Positions 13,827 to 26,000 of a stretch of DNA of 64,000 bases are shown here, piece after piece. The translations under genes were made by a program, and so were the position numbers. The notes under the pieces are model-generated. The model saw nothing but the letters and a program-made list of their open reading frames with translations, was not told the origin of the DNA and made no database searches. Source of the stretch: Marsupella aquatica (Eukaryota > Plantae > Marchantiophyta); NCBI GenBank assembly GCA_973895155.1, contig OZ316896.1, forward strand, positions 11,980,830-12,044,829, given 5' to 3'. Within the stretch, counting starts at the first letter, position 1. The number at the start of each line of letters is the position of its first letter.

Positions 13827-15254
13827 TCACCGACATTGAGGACAAAACCATGATCCGCTAGGAATCATGTGCAAGGGTGGTGTCAAACACGACATGTGCC
13901 ATCCTCTAGAACACCTATCACAAATCAACATAGTAGCTGCTTCCTGAGCAGACCCACACAACATACACTTCAAGCTAGCACGAACATGTGCCAAGCTTGG
14001 ATCCACAGTGCCATCAATGTTTGGAAGGTGACATGGCGCACAATTACGCACGTGATCCTTCCAAACCATACCATCGCGCCCTTCCAACATAAGGACTCCA
14101 GAAGGCAACACTTCACGCACACGCAAGATTGTCCGCCCTGCGGTCACATCAAGCGTTGTTGGTGCTGTCTGCTGCAAATAAACATAATCGCCAAGATGAA
14201 ATCTCCTAATCTTCGTGCGATAACCTCCTCCACGAATAGTAGCATATCGCAAAGTATCACGATGCTGGGCAATAGCAAGGTTGTCAAAGGCCATGGGCAT
14301 GACTCTCTCAAAAACTCGTGCCCTCTCTGAACAAACCTTTACCCAAATATCTGGATCATCCAAATCCACAACAGTTACAACATCACGACGAATAGCCGCT
14401 GGCAAATCTGGCTCTCTACCATAGAGCAAGAAATAGGGTGAGAAGGATGCAAGTGATGCTTGTCGACTGAAACGGTAGCCCATAGCTAACCAAGGTAGTT
14501 GGAGATCTCAGTCTCCCAAATGACCAACCTGTAAGCCATACTTGCACAATCCTCTCTTCACAGTTTGTACAACTCTCTCTGCCAATCCATCTGCCTCAGG
14601 ATGATTGCGAGAAGTAGTACGATGGTCAATCAGAGCTTGCTCACACAAACCCTTAAAATCTCCACGGAATTCCGTGCCCTGATCAGTCAACACCTCAGTT
14701 GGTGCTCCAAAGTGACTGAGTACTCGATCCAGAAATGTGGTAGCCACTCCTCCACTAGCTTTATCTGGCAATGCCACTAGTTCAATCCACTTGGAGAAGT
14801 GCTCCACCATAACCAAAACATAACTATTATATCGTTGGGTGAGAGGCAATGGACCAGCAAAGTCCAAACTCCATCTGTACCCCAAACCCATGATTGGCAA
14901 TGGATGCAACTGGGGAGTGGGAGCATTAAATGATGCCCTCACTCGATCACATACCACACACTTAGCTATCAGTTGCTGGACATGAGTGTGCATACCACGC
15001 CACCAATACTGTGTCTGCAACAAGCTATAAGTGTGCTTGACACCAAAGTGCCCTAACTCCTCGTGCGCATGTCGCACCAAATGTACTCGTTGTGATGGTT
15101 TTGGTACCACCAATACCTTACCATCACGTAGTACTCTCAAAAGATGGCTTCCTTCCCATCGAAACCTCTTGGCTCTCTGTAGAACCCTGTCACGTTCCTT
15201 GGCATCAATACTGCCAACAATAGAACCACTGCGCAGATATTCCAACACTTTCAC
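13827..15254 (-). pseudogene. Integrase (HHCC + DDE core) with C-terminal PHD finger; one in-frame stop at 14508-14510
   Basis: HEELGHFG..YWW..CVVC, WSLDF, LTDQGTEF, GLAERVVQT. The C-terminal CMLC..ICDRC..WHMSC..WFCPQC is a C4HC3 PHD. Confidence 0.92.
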
Positions 15255-15269
15255 ATCATTGTGAATATC

Positions 15270-16904
15270 TTATTGTCCAAAAGTTACCTCACCAACATCC
15301 ACATCTGAAGACTCATCATCTGCTTCATCCAATGAAGTAGAGTCCACAGAACCACTGCATGCTGGAACCCAACAAAGGAAGGCAGATGCATGCCATCCTG
15401 GCACCATCTCCTTATCTGACTCATCATGCCATCTGGCTCCAATCTCATCCTCCTGACTGGTACATGGATTGCGGCTCAACCCATCTGCATCCAAATTCAC
15501 CTTTCCAGGCCTATGCACCACCTGGAAATCATACTCCTGTAACAACAATGCCCATCGTGCAAGCTTCCTTGTAAGCTTGTCAGACTCCATTAACCACTTG
15601 AGAGGCTGATGATCAGTGATCAAAGTGAAAGGATTACCAAACAAGTAATAGCGGAAGTGTGCCACAGCCCACACTGCTGCCAAACACTCTCCCTCATAAG
15701 AGCTATACTTAGCCTCTGCTAAATTGTTTGATCTACTGGCATATGCCACAACAAACTCATGTCCTTCATCATCTTTCTGAGTCAGCACTGCTCCAAGTCC
15801 TACTCCACTCCAATCAATGTGTAGCTGAAATGGTCTCCCTGAAATGGGTCTTCTCAAAATAGGGGATGATGCCAATCTTTCTTTCAACTCCTGAAAGGCA
15901 TGCTCCTGATCATCACCCCAAATTCATTCCTGATCCAACTTAGTGAGTATGGTCAAAGGTTTAGCAAGCTGGCTAAATTCTTTAACATACCTCCTATAGT
16001 AGCTTGCCAATCCCAAGAATGCACGAACTCTGCTCACATCAGTAGGACGAGGAATCCGTGTAATGGCCTCCACTTTAGTCTGTTGTACACCCAATCCCCC
16101 TGGGTATATAGTGTGGCCCAAATACTCAATCTGTTCTTGGAAGAACTTACACTTGCCGGGATGGAGCTTCAATCCATGTTCCCTCAATCTCTCAAACACA
16201 ATCTGCAAGTGTCGTTGATGTTCTTCCACAGTAGAAGAATAAACCAAAATATCATCAATATAACATCTGACAAAATCCAAACCTGCAAGGATTCGATCCA
16301 TGACTCTCTGGAACTCAGTTGGTGCATTCTTCAACCCAAATGGTAAGAACAACCACTGATACAAACGATCCTTGCCATAAGAATCAATTCCCCAGAATGT
16401 TGTCTTGGACCTGTCAGAATGTCTGATTGGAAGCTGATGGTACCCTGCCCTCAGATCCAATGAACTAAAAACCTTTGCATGCCCCACTGCATCAAAGATC
16501 TCCTCAGGTGTGGGCATGGCATATCGATCAGATTTTGTCTGACGATTAATAGGTCGGTAATCACCACACATACGCCTATCCGTGTAATTACCATGCACAT
16601 CCTTCTTGGCTGGCATCACTGTGGCAGATGCATACTCCCCGTATGAGATCTCCACCAAACCAACCTCCAACAAATCCTGAGTTCTGCTCTGAATCAGAGC
16701 TCTTTCCATGTCACTATAACGATATGGTCTACGAAAGATTGGCGCATCACTAGCCAATTCAATCTGAATACCAGGGCCCTTCAATATCCCCAAATCCTTC
16801 ATGCTGAATGCAAAACAATTCCTGTAACTCTTCAAGAATCGATGCATGCGACGTCTCTCATCCCCAGTCAACTTAGGACCAATCTGTGGCTCCCAACTCT
16901 CCAC
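15270..16904 (-). pseudogene. Reverse transcriptase, connection and RNase H
   Basis: RMCGDYRPIN, SLDLRAGYHQ, LPFGLKNAP, YIDDILV, EYLGH, FLGLASYYRRY; RNase H HIDWS..GAVLTQ, YEGECLA, TDHQPL, ADGLSR. In-frame stop at 15924-15926. Confidence 0.95.
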
Positions 16905-17139
16905 CAGATCCCTAATATCTTTTTGTAGGGTAGAAGAGATAGCCGATGATTGCTATTTAGCAGTAGATTGAACAGTCCCTTCTTGCTCAACAATCTGTCC
17001 AGCCTTGGCCAATCCTGCCATAGGTCCATGGACTATCTGCTCGCCCCCAACTGTGGTCATCACTGTCTTAGTGGACCGCAAGCTCACTAATGGACGATCG
17101 GTAACACCAGCAGAGCGCATCCACAACTGTTCAGCTACT

Positions 17140-18090
17140 CCCAAGCTGATAATCCAAGTCAAGCAATTCAAATCCATGGCTTGACCAAGGACTTGGCGGC
17201 GAGAACTCTCTGACACTGAGGCAACTGCAGTAGTGCCTGTCAAAAATCCCATAGCACGCTCTCTTTCATCAACAATAGGCTCCACTAATTGCTGTAGCGT
17301 TGTATCCCATACAAGTCCAGGCCCACCTGCTCTAAATGCATATGATGCAGAATGGCTCACAAAGTGGGTAATGCACAACGCGGACGACCAACTACATTGA
17401 CCACTGCCAATGGAGATCTATCAGACTGGGTCACATGTTGTGCACAACGCCCTGGATCCAAAATATCATCCACCACCAAGGATGCTGAGCGAGGAATGCT
17501 ATCAAATGCTCGCTTCAACACTTCACAAGGTAACAAATTAGTCCACCACAAGCGTGGACGATGTGCACGAGAACCCACACGTGCAACATCCAATAATATA
17601 GCAGGTCCAATTCAAGATTTGACCTGATGAACACTAGCAACAAGTCGATGACGCTCATCACCCAATAGTGGCACATTCTCTAAAATGTAGGCAGGGGAAT
17701 GTATTTGGTGTAACTGGAGATGACGCAATACCCGTAACATCTCCCAAAACAATGCAGAGCGTGGATCATGAAGTCCATGTTCAACTCTAGCTCTTGATTG
17801 GCCTTGACATGGCCAACCAGCAATCACCAAATCAATGGGGCTAATGCGATCCAAATGATCCGCCCCCAGCAATGAAATATCAGCCGGCAATGCATGCTGA
17901 TAGCCACGAACAGCATCCACTGGCAACAACTGTGGATAATGGTCTACCAACATAGCCACATGGCGCAATGAGACTCTCCGTGTTGTCTCATCTGTCTCCA
18001 CATACAAGTATCGACGCACAAGAATTCCTGCCTGAAGAATAGCAGCCAATCCAGTGCTAATTCCACCAAATAGATCAAGCAAACAAATAC
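17140..18090 (-). pseudogene. C5 cytosine DNA methyltransferase domain (DNMT3-like) inside the retroelement polyprotein
   Basis: Motif I LLDLFGGIS, motif IV IDLVIAGWPCQ, motif VI YILENV, motif VIII AHRPRLWWTNL, ERERAMGF, motif X RRQVLGQAM. One stop (17612-17614) and one frameshift (~17365). Confidence 0.9.
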
Positions 18091-18502
18091 CCTCTGGTGG
18101 ATATTGCCACGCAATAGGGATGGTATCCAATGGTGAAAGAGTCACTGGCCCACTTGTAGGAGATTGCTCTGCTCCTGACTGTGGTGTAAAAGCATGACGC
18201 CATGCATCATGTACCAATTGTGCTGCCCTCTATGGCAAGGCTTGTGCAGTACCCCATACTGGTGGCATAACACTAGTTGGATTGGGATCATCCCAATCCA
18301 GGTTTCTCCTTTGCACCATCTGCTCCTCATGTGACTCCTCCACTGATGGAACATCTGCTGCATGTGCATTACCCTTCATCAAATCATCAGGATCAGTGAT
18401 CACACCACTGAAGGCTGCCAAAGACAATAGTGTGGGTTTAGGGCCTCCCACAGGTCCACTAAATCGCATTGGCAACCTGCTCAATCGAGCATCTCCTGAC
18501 TG

Positions 18503-20872
18503 TCAATCAGGTCTGTATGACACTGATTCATCCCAAAAATCAAGAATAAATCCCATGGGGTATAACACTGTATATCCCACCAACACATCATATGGCTCTG
18601 CCTTAGTCAAAATAGCTCGCGCCTGTATGTGGGAGCTATCCTTGGTATGACCCTCCTGAATCCTCAATTCAAGTGGTCGTCTGGTGATGTGCTGTGTGGG
18701 TGTAGGTCCCCCCAATGAAGTCTGAATAGGAAAGGGACACTCCTCCAGATCATCTGGACGCAATGCCAATCCTCGTACCGCAGACTTACCCAACATCAAG
18801 GGCTGAGCACCAGTATCCAGTAACACTCTCTCTGGCTGGTATATGGCTCCAGTAGGCCCAACTAATCGGAAGATACCACTCCGATTATCCAATGACACCA
18901 CGCTAGGTTTAAACCTAGTCCTCTCAAATGCAGGGCGTGCTGGCAAACCCATCAACTTTGCCGCTGCTGCATGCCATGTCTCGCTAGTAGCCGTAGGTGG
19001 CATGGTCTTCACAGCTTCAACACTGCAAGCTGCTTTTGCATGGGAAGCAACAACTGGAGTGTCCTCACAAAGTGTAGTTGCCAATCTGAACACTTCTGCA
19101 GGACCAACTCCCAAGTTCAGCATGTCTGTAGCTGAAAATAATGGGGTGCACACTATGGTAGTAGCCGCCCCCAGCAAGGTACCTGTCATCCCTGCTGCAT
19201 CACTACCTGATTCTGCCAACTTACCCATGCTAGGGTTTGTCCGAATCGGGTTCATAGAGGCAGTCTGAACTGTCTCTGACAATGTAAAAGACTGAGGAAG
19301 CTTTGTCTGACGACGTGCATCCCCCCTCTGTGGATCTAGGTCCACTACTGCTCCTCGGGGCTCAAGAGCTTTTGCTGCCCCATGCGTCAAAGCTGTTGAT
19401 GCATCAATGTGTCCAGTGCCACACATGAATCCCATAGTGGCAAGATCTCCATCAACCCCATAAGATGTGGAAGCTCCATAGGATGTAGAAGCCCCATCAC
19501 CAAAAGTAGGTCTCACCTGAGAACTAGCCATAGCAGCTAGTTGTTGCTCCAATTGAGCAATCTTAGTATCCTTAGGATCTATGGTCACAGCAGGAGCAGT
19601 ATCACCTCCTTGCCTCGCTACATGTGGCATACCTCGGCCACGACCACCACCTCTACCTCCTCTTCCCTGATCATGTGTGCGTTGTCCCCCTCTCCGTAAC
19701 TCAGGATGGAGTGAAAAATACCTATCCTTGGTGTGTCTAGGAGCTCCATAATGATCACATTGCCGCTGATCAGGTGCTGAGGCCCCTCCTGACCCTCTAT
19801 GATCAGGGCAATACCGTTGCGCATGATCCCACCACAGGTCCAACACCCTGACTGCTGTCCAGCATAGCAAGACACAAGTCTCTGACTGGTAGATTCCCGT
19901 GTAGTGGGCTTCTCCCTCTGACTCTTACGTGCAGTAGGCTGTGATCTGGGTGTAGATGCAGCCTTTGGTGCTTCCTTGGCAAACCCGGAAGTCACCACTT
20001 TCTCATTCACCATATTGAGCTCAATACGCTCTGAAAGTGTAAAAACAACTGCCAATGTGGGATCTGCATCCCTAAGTAGAGTGACATCTCTTACTCTGCG
20101 TCGCAATTCTCTATCTAGAATTGCATACCAAAATTGGACTGCTTGAGCCTCTATCACTCCCTTGGTGACAGTGATCAATCTGCGCATACGAGTGTATGCC
20201 TCACGTAGACTCTCTCCAGTCTTGCGCTGAAACTCCTGGAGACCCTTCAACTTATCAGTCCTCACACCCTGATAGTTTTGCTTTAATACTTCAAAGAACT
20301 CCACCACAGGGTTAAATGTTGGCGTAACTCCAACCCCTGTCACAATCGCACCGGTAGGAATAGCGGTGGATGTTGTTGGAGTGGTATTGGTAGATGGTGT
20401 GCCACTCTGGCTAGTGCTGCTAGAAGAAGCAACAGCTGTAGCAATGGGTTGGGCAATTAACCGCTCTAGTGCCATAGGTGATGGACACATAATTAGGCGA
20501 CCAATACTGCCTCCATGCCTCAATCTCAACCAAATGAGTCTTCCAAAACTCATGGTAGTCATCCATGGGTGGCCCCTCCAAATGCTGAAATAATCCCTTC
20601 CATGCCATGAAAGGGGTAAACAACGTGGCATTACGTAATGACTGCATATCGCACCACGTATCAAACTCCTGGATGAAGTCATCCAGATCAATCGTGCCAA
20701 CTGCACCAGAGTATCGTCGTGGGCCCTTTGTAGCCCCGTACATCTCCTCCATATCCCACAACAAAGGTGCAATCACCTGATGACAAGGAGAACTGCTCAC
20801 AGAGTCCTTGTCAAAATCACTATCTGAAGCTGCACTTGCAACTGCTATCAATGTTGTTGGCCGAAATGACAC
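18503..20872 (-). pseudogene. Gag (capsid-like region and CCHC knuckles) plus aspartic protease; two frameshifts
   Basis: FQRKTGESLREAYTRM, CWTCGG, degenerate QCDHY..RH..DRY knuckle; protease VLLDTGAQ...YDVLVG...LDFW. Confidence 0.85.
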
Positions 20873-21498
20873 CCCACTTCGAGTGAAATCGGTCTTCTAT
20901 CCCTCGGACAGTTTCGTAGCACCCAAAGAATCCGTGATGACAAATCTGCCCTAAATCATCACCATCACCTTCATAATAGGCTTCACAATGCCCCAAGGTT
21001 GTAGCTCAAAATCCATGCAAAATTATTCCAATCTATGCATCTAGATGGATTCAGAAGTATCAAAAACCTTTACGTAGCTTCTGATTTGGCCCAAAACAGG
21101 TCTCTAGACAAACTAATAAGTGTATAAAGCCCCCTAACCCTTTAACTTAGACAACAAGTTATGAAAGCTTGTGTGTACACTGCATGCCATAAGAACTCCA
21201 TGGTTAAGCACGCGTAAGAGGAATAGCTTTGGGATGGGTGACCTCCCCCCTTGGAGTTATGCACCAACTTAGGCACTCCAAACCAACCAATTGTCAACTA
21301 CTCCTCACGTACCAACAAGCTACCTTGCGGCCTGCTCCGGTCTGGCTCCTGTTCCGTCCTCACGCCCCTCGTCACGAGTCGCCTTGAAACGTCGAGATGA
21401 GCCTAAGGGAGCCCTTCACACCCGCCACACTTCGCTACGTCGGGGTGAACCTCCAATTCAAATCCATTCAATAGTCATCCGAACGCCCGGTCCACAAG

Positions 21499-21938
21499 TT
21501 GGAGTGGGATGATCCCAGTCCAAGTCCTTCACATCCTCTACACAGGTGAAGTCGCCAAGATACAGTTGGATTGGGTTGATCCTAATCCAAATCCACTTCA
21601 AGGTCCAGATGAGGTCTCTGGACACGCCAACATACAATTGGATTGGGACGATCCCAATCCAAATTCAACTTTGCCCAAAATCAAGTCTCCAACGTTGTCA
21701 ATGGATTGTTGGATTGGGATGATCCCAGTCCAACTTCAACTTCAAGTCCAAATGGGGTCCGAAGTTACCAATGTATAGTTGGATTGGGATGATCCTAGTC
21801 CAAATCCAACTTCGAGTCAAAATGCGGTCTCAAGAGACAACCCACAATTGGACTCGGATGATCCCAATCCAAATCCAACTGAGTCAAAATGAGGTCTCAA
21901 GAGACAACCCACAATTGGACTCGGATGATCCAGTCCAA
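21499..21938. repeat. Seven ~70-bp units with a conserved 25-bp palindromic core TTGGATTGGGAT-G-ATCCCAATCCAA
   Basis: Cores start at 21499, 21566, 21638, 21709, 21779, 21848 and 21915. Confidence 0.9.
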
Positions 21939-22519
21939 AACAAGGTGCGCCACAAAACACGCCGCAATTCTCGTACCAAAACATTGTTCAACAATATTGT
22001 CATTTTCCTTGTGCCCTAGGTCGCCGCCGCACCTCGTCGCAACGCGGACTCCATCGTGACGCCGACAACGCAATTCACCAACATTTGATTGTCACTTTCT
22101 TCGTAAAAGTATACTATCCATCAACGAATCTCAAATCCGCAATAGCCTTTGTGATGCTGCAACGCAATCGATAAGGACTAGAACTCCAAAAACACAATGT
22201 AGCAACTACCACTTGAGGCGCCTTCTGATCTTCGATCAGTCCCTCATTGCCATAGCTTCGAGAAGCTCCAAATGTCAATCCGGTAATCAACTCCAGAGAG
22301 AACTTCAATGAACAAACTATCAGAGAGCTTCAAACAGCACCACGCTGTACTCTCAGAGCAATCAATAGCTCACAATCTCCAATCTACCAACGGCTGATCT
22401 GACTTGAGCTACCACAAGTCAACCAGCAAGATCTCAACAATCCAAGCTACCATGGATCAACTCTGCAATACAGCAAGCTTTGAAACAGCTTCGAATCAAC
22501 CTGGAGTGATCTTTCAATG

Positions 22520-22849
22520 TAATCTTTTCTGGATAAAATCGAACAACGATCAGTGCTAATCCAACAACGATCCCGTCGGACTCGATCACACATATATGTC
22601 AAGCCCAACGCACCTTGTGCTTCAAAGAATCCACGTTACATGCACACAACCTGGTCAGCCACACCATAGCCACCAAGCTCATGCTCAAAGGCTCAACATT
22701 GAAAGATGAGGCCTTTGAGCCAACACAAGGGGATAACTATCCCTCACACCAACTCAAACTAAACACAAAGTGCTCATATAGCACACATACAAAACCTCTA
22801 TATCCTAGATAGTACGATATACTTTACTACCACTCTAAATGGTGTGACA
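22520..22849 (-). repeat. Terminal repeat X, 5' copy
   Basis: Direct repeat of 13184-13513. Including 22518-22519 it is bounded by TG...CA. Confidence 0.95.
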
Positions 22850-22866
22850 TGCAACATTGAGGGTAG

Positions 22867-23039
22867 ATGTAAAGTAGAGTTGAATGTTGTAATTTTATTG
22901 TCACAATGTAAACCCCAAAAGATGTAGAGCTCAAAGGAAAGACAAAAGCCATGTAAAGTAGAGCTGAATGTTGTAATTTTATTGTTAAGATTGATGTAAA
23001 CCCCAAAAGGTGTAGAGCGCAAAGGAAAGACAAAAGCCA
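22867..23039. repeat. Two ~85-bp direct repeats next to the retroelement
   Basis: atgtaaagtagag.tgaatgttgtaattttattgt...aaaggaaagacaaaagcca occurs twice. Confidence 0.75.
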
Positions 23040-26000
23040 GGCGGATGGAGAGGGGAGATGGACAATGCAATGGAAGGGAGGAGAGGTGAGCAGACTGGCT
23101 GGAGTCAGGCTAATGGGGGACAAATTTGATAGAAAATGCAAGTTGTGCAGAGATAGGAGGCTGAAGGGAAGGAGAAGAGTAAGAAGTAAATGCAAAAGTT
23201 TGGCAGGTTGGGTTGAGAGACAGGGCTGGGCAGGTAGGGAGGAGGCAGAGAATGGCACAGCCAATGGGGAGGCAAAGAAAACCATTAAAACTCATACAAA
23301 GAAAAATTGAATACGGACCATGGAGTAAAACAAAAAATAAATCAATCAGTCCTTCCACAGTAATTGTTTTTTTCATTTGAGAAAATAATGCAATGCAAGA
23401 AATTAATTCCCCTGTTTTTATTTCTAATTTAAAATTAATGTACAAAATTCTTTCTAGGTTTCAGCCAAAAATGTTCTGTTTGTGAGCCCAAATTAGTATT
23501 ATTTATTTATTATTATATTTATTAAAAAAATTCTTAAAGGGAAATCGTGAAACCTCACATAAAGGGAAAAGTAAGCAACAATAGTTGAACCCAAAACTTA
23601 TCTACTTAAGTGAACTACCACAAAGTTTGCCTCTTTGGGCTATTATTTATTTATTTTATTTATGGCTCCAAAACAATAACGTAACAGTTTTGCAAGCAAG
23701 CAACCAAACTGGAATGATATAATGGAATCATGATTTTGTTTTGAAACTGCTACACTATTCATTGTAGTTAGTGTTACCTAAGAGTTAGCTTTACTACCAA
23801 ATTAGTGTTACTAACACTAATTTTTCACTAATTTAGGTGAGAGTGATCTAATTTCTTGCCAGTTTTCCAAAACAGTTGTTTTCTTCACTTTTGTCTAAGT
23901 TCTAGTAAGAAATGGGTGATCTTGCGTCCAAAGTAGCACTAATTAATGTGCAGGGAATTTAACTAATTCTTTAATTTCTGGGCGAACATAAATGGCAGTA
24001 AAGTATCACACTAATAGTTTTGAAGGTAACCACTGAGACTCAGATGATATCGTGGAGTCATAATTTTGATTTTTGAACTGCTACAGTAGTTACTTTTAAT
24101 GTTTCTCGTTTACCCACAAATTCAAATCCGTCCTTCACTCCCCTGTAGCTCATCACTCTCTTGCACACGGGGGCTGCCCGCTTCCTGCCCTGTGCAGAAA
24201 CAGGTCTGCCCGGTTCTTACTTTCCAGCTTGCACCTGTTTTTTTTTTCTTCTTCTTTTTGGGGTCCGGAAAAGTGTTTTTTTATTAAACAGCTTTTCCTG
24301 GCAGGGCAGGATGCTCCAGTAAGGTTTTTATTTTATTTTCACCTAGAGAAAAAGTATTTTCACACATGCTTTATGCACTTTTTGGCGCTTTTGTACTTTG
24401 GCATTGTGTTATGTATGTAATGCCTTTCTTGATTTCTCACTTGTATTTTTCAGTGCGTCCCTTGGAGAAGAATGCAGGCCAAGATTTGGATCCACTCTTT
24501 AGTAAGAATCTACTTTTCCTTTAGTAAAAAGTAGAAGTAAAAACAAAAATCTCTCAAGCCTTTAAATGTATCATTGAAGGTCACCAGAGCATTATGGGCA
24601 AAACCAGAATTGAAACTCCGCTTTGGGGGAGTCAGATGTCACAATGCCCTGCACACAGAACTTTGCTATATTCAAACTTTTGGAGAAGAAAGGAGTAGGA
24701 TTCTTTTTACCCTTCATACTGCTGTCACTTGCTGTCCACTTTATTTCTTTGTGCCTTGGGAAAAGTAGGTTTGTATTAATTGAAAGAATAATTTTGGTCA
24801 GGCAGGATAGGGACGTGAGGAAAACACTGGCCTCTTCAACCTTAGCAAGAGGGCTTTTTGGTAGAAGGTTTCCCTGCATAAGACCAACATTTTCCCTTCA
24901 TAGCTACAATACTATTTATTCCTTTCCCAATTTAGTCAATCCAATGTAAAAGTATTAAAAAAATAAAGATTACGGGCCAGAGTATATAAGTGGAACTATT
25001 TGGATTTTTCCAATCTTCCTGCCTCTGGTATCGGAGGGGGAGGGGGTTTGGTGCGCTCATTCTTGTAGCACTTTTGCTAAAGGGGTGGTTGAAGGAGGCT
25101 TCATTTTCTTCCAGGGATTGTTTCCTTGGCTTCATCGGGATACGTCGGGAAGTGATGATTGTCTTTTCGCATTGATGCGGTGGGGTATTTTGGTACAATG
25201 GATTGAAGAAAGTTTAGATCTTGGGAAGCAGTTGAGTTGAAACGTAATTGGTCATGCAGGGTTCCTAACACTTACAATCTTAATGCGCAGAACAGAGAAG
25301 ACTGATTGTTGAAGGATGATAGAAGAGGGGCTCCATCTTTTGATTTGGTAAACAAAGGCCATAGGTCACTGGACTTCCCGGTGGGTTTGTCTGAAACAAA
25401 TCATAATTACTAACGGCACATTAGCTCCAGGGGTTATTGAATTGCTGCAGAGGAACTTTTACAAGGATAAAGTTGTTTGTGCTTTGAAGGACTTGTTAAC
25501 ATTGGGCAAGTGGAGGAGTGGATTGGTTTATACAACTAGCACCACTCTCAAGTCTGGACATTGTAGAACCACTGGCAAATGCGTTATTTCTTGTAACAGT
25601 AGTAAATTTGGTTCATACTGTTAAAGTCTATACATGATTGCGTGGTCTCGTGGGTGTAATCCGCTTTCAGTGCTAGGTGCTGGATTTCATCAACAGGAAC
25701 TATCTGGTCAGATGGTGAGAGACATTGGTCGTGTGGGTGGCCTCTTAGGCTTGATTGAGGGCGTCTTATTGATTGAATGTTCACCCATGGTGGGCTTTTG
25801 TGGATTTTTGTTTGACTTGGTTTTGACTTTTGTTTCTGTCATCCAAGGTGATTTAGTTTGTTTTCCATTTAGTTTATCCTTTCGCTAGATTTGTGCCTTT
25901 GATCAGATGTTCAGTGCCCAGTTATATGCTGGTCCTCTTCCTGTTCTTTGGGAAGAGTGAGCACCACTCTTATTTGTGGTAGTTACTTAGTGTTTTCTCT

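Larger units (their letters stand above)
13047..22849 (-). mobile_element. Ty3/Gypsy-like retroelement encoding a DNMT3-like methyltransferase and a PHD finger, with split direct terminal repeats; decayed copy
   Basis: Domain order PR-RT-RH-INT. Ends are TGTC...GACA. Repeats at 13047-13184/13516-13653 (Y) and 13184-13513/22520-22849 (X). PPT-like tract present. Confidence 0.93.

Noticed and set aside
17140-18090. Host DRM/CMT/MET1 gene or bacterial contamination
   Set aside because: It is intronless, in frame within pol and inside the terminal repeats; motif order is unpermuted (unlike DRM) and no BAH or chromo domain is present.
21499-21938. CRISPR array
   Set aside because: Linkers are homologous to one another, there are no cas genes, and the context is a eukaryotic retroelement.
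13047-22849. DIRS/Ngaro tyrosine-recombinase element
   Set aside because: The repeat layout fits, but no YR motifs are visible and a full HHCC-DDE integrase follows RNase H.
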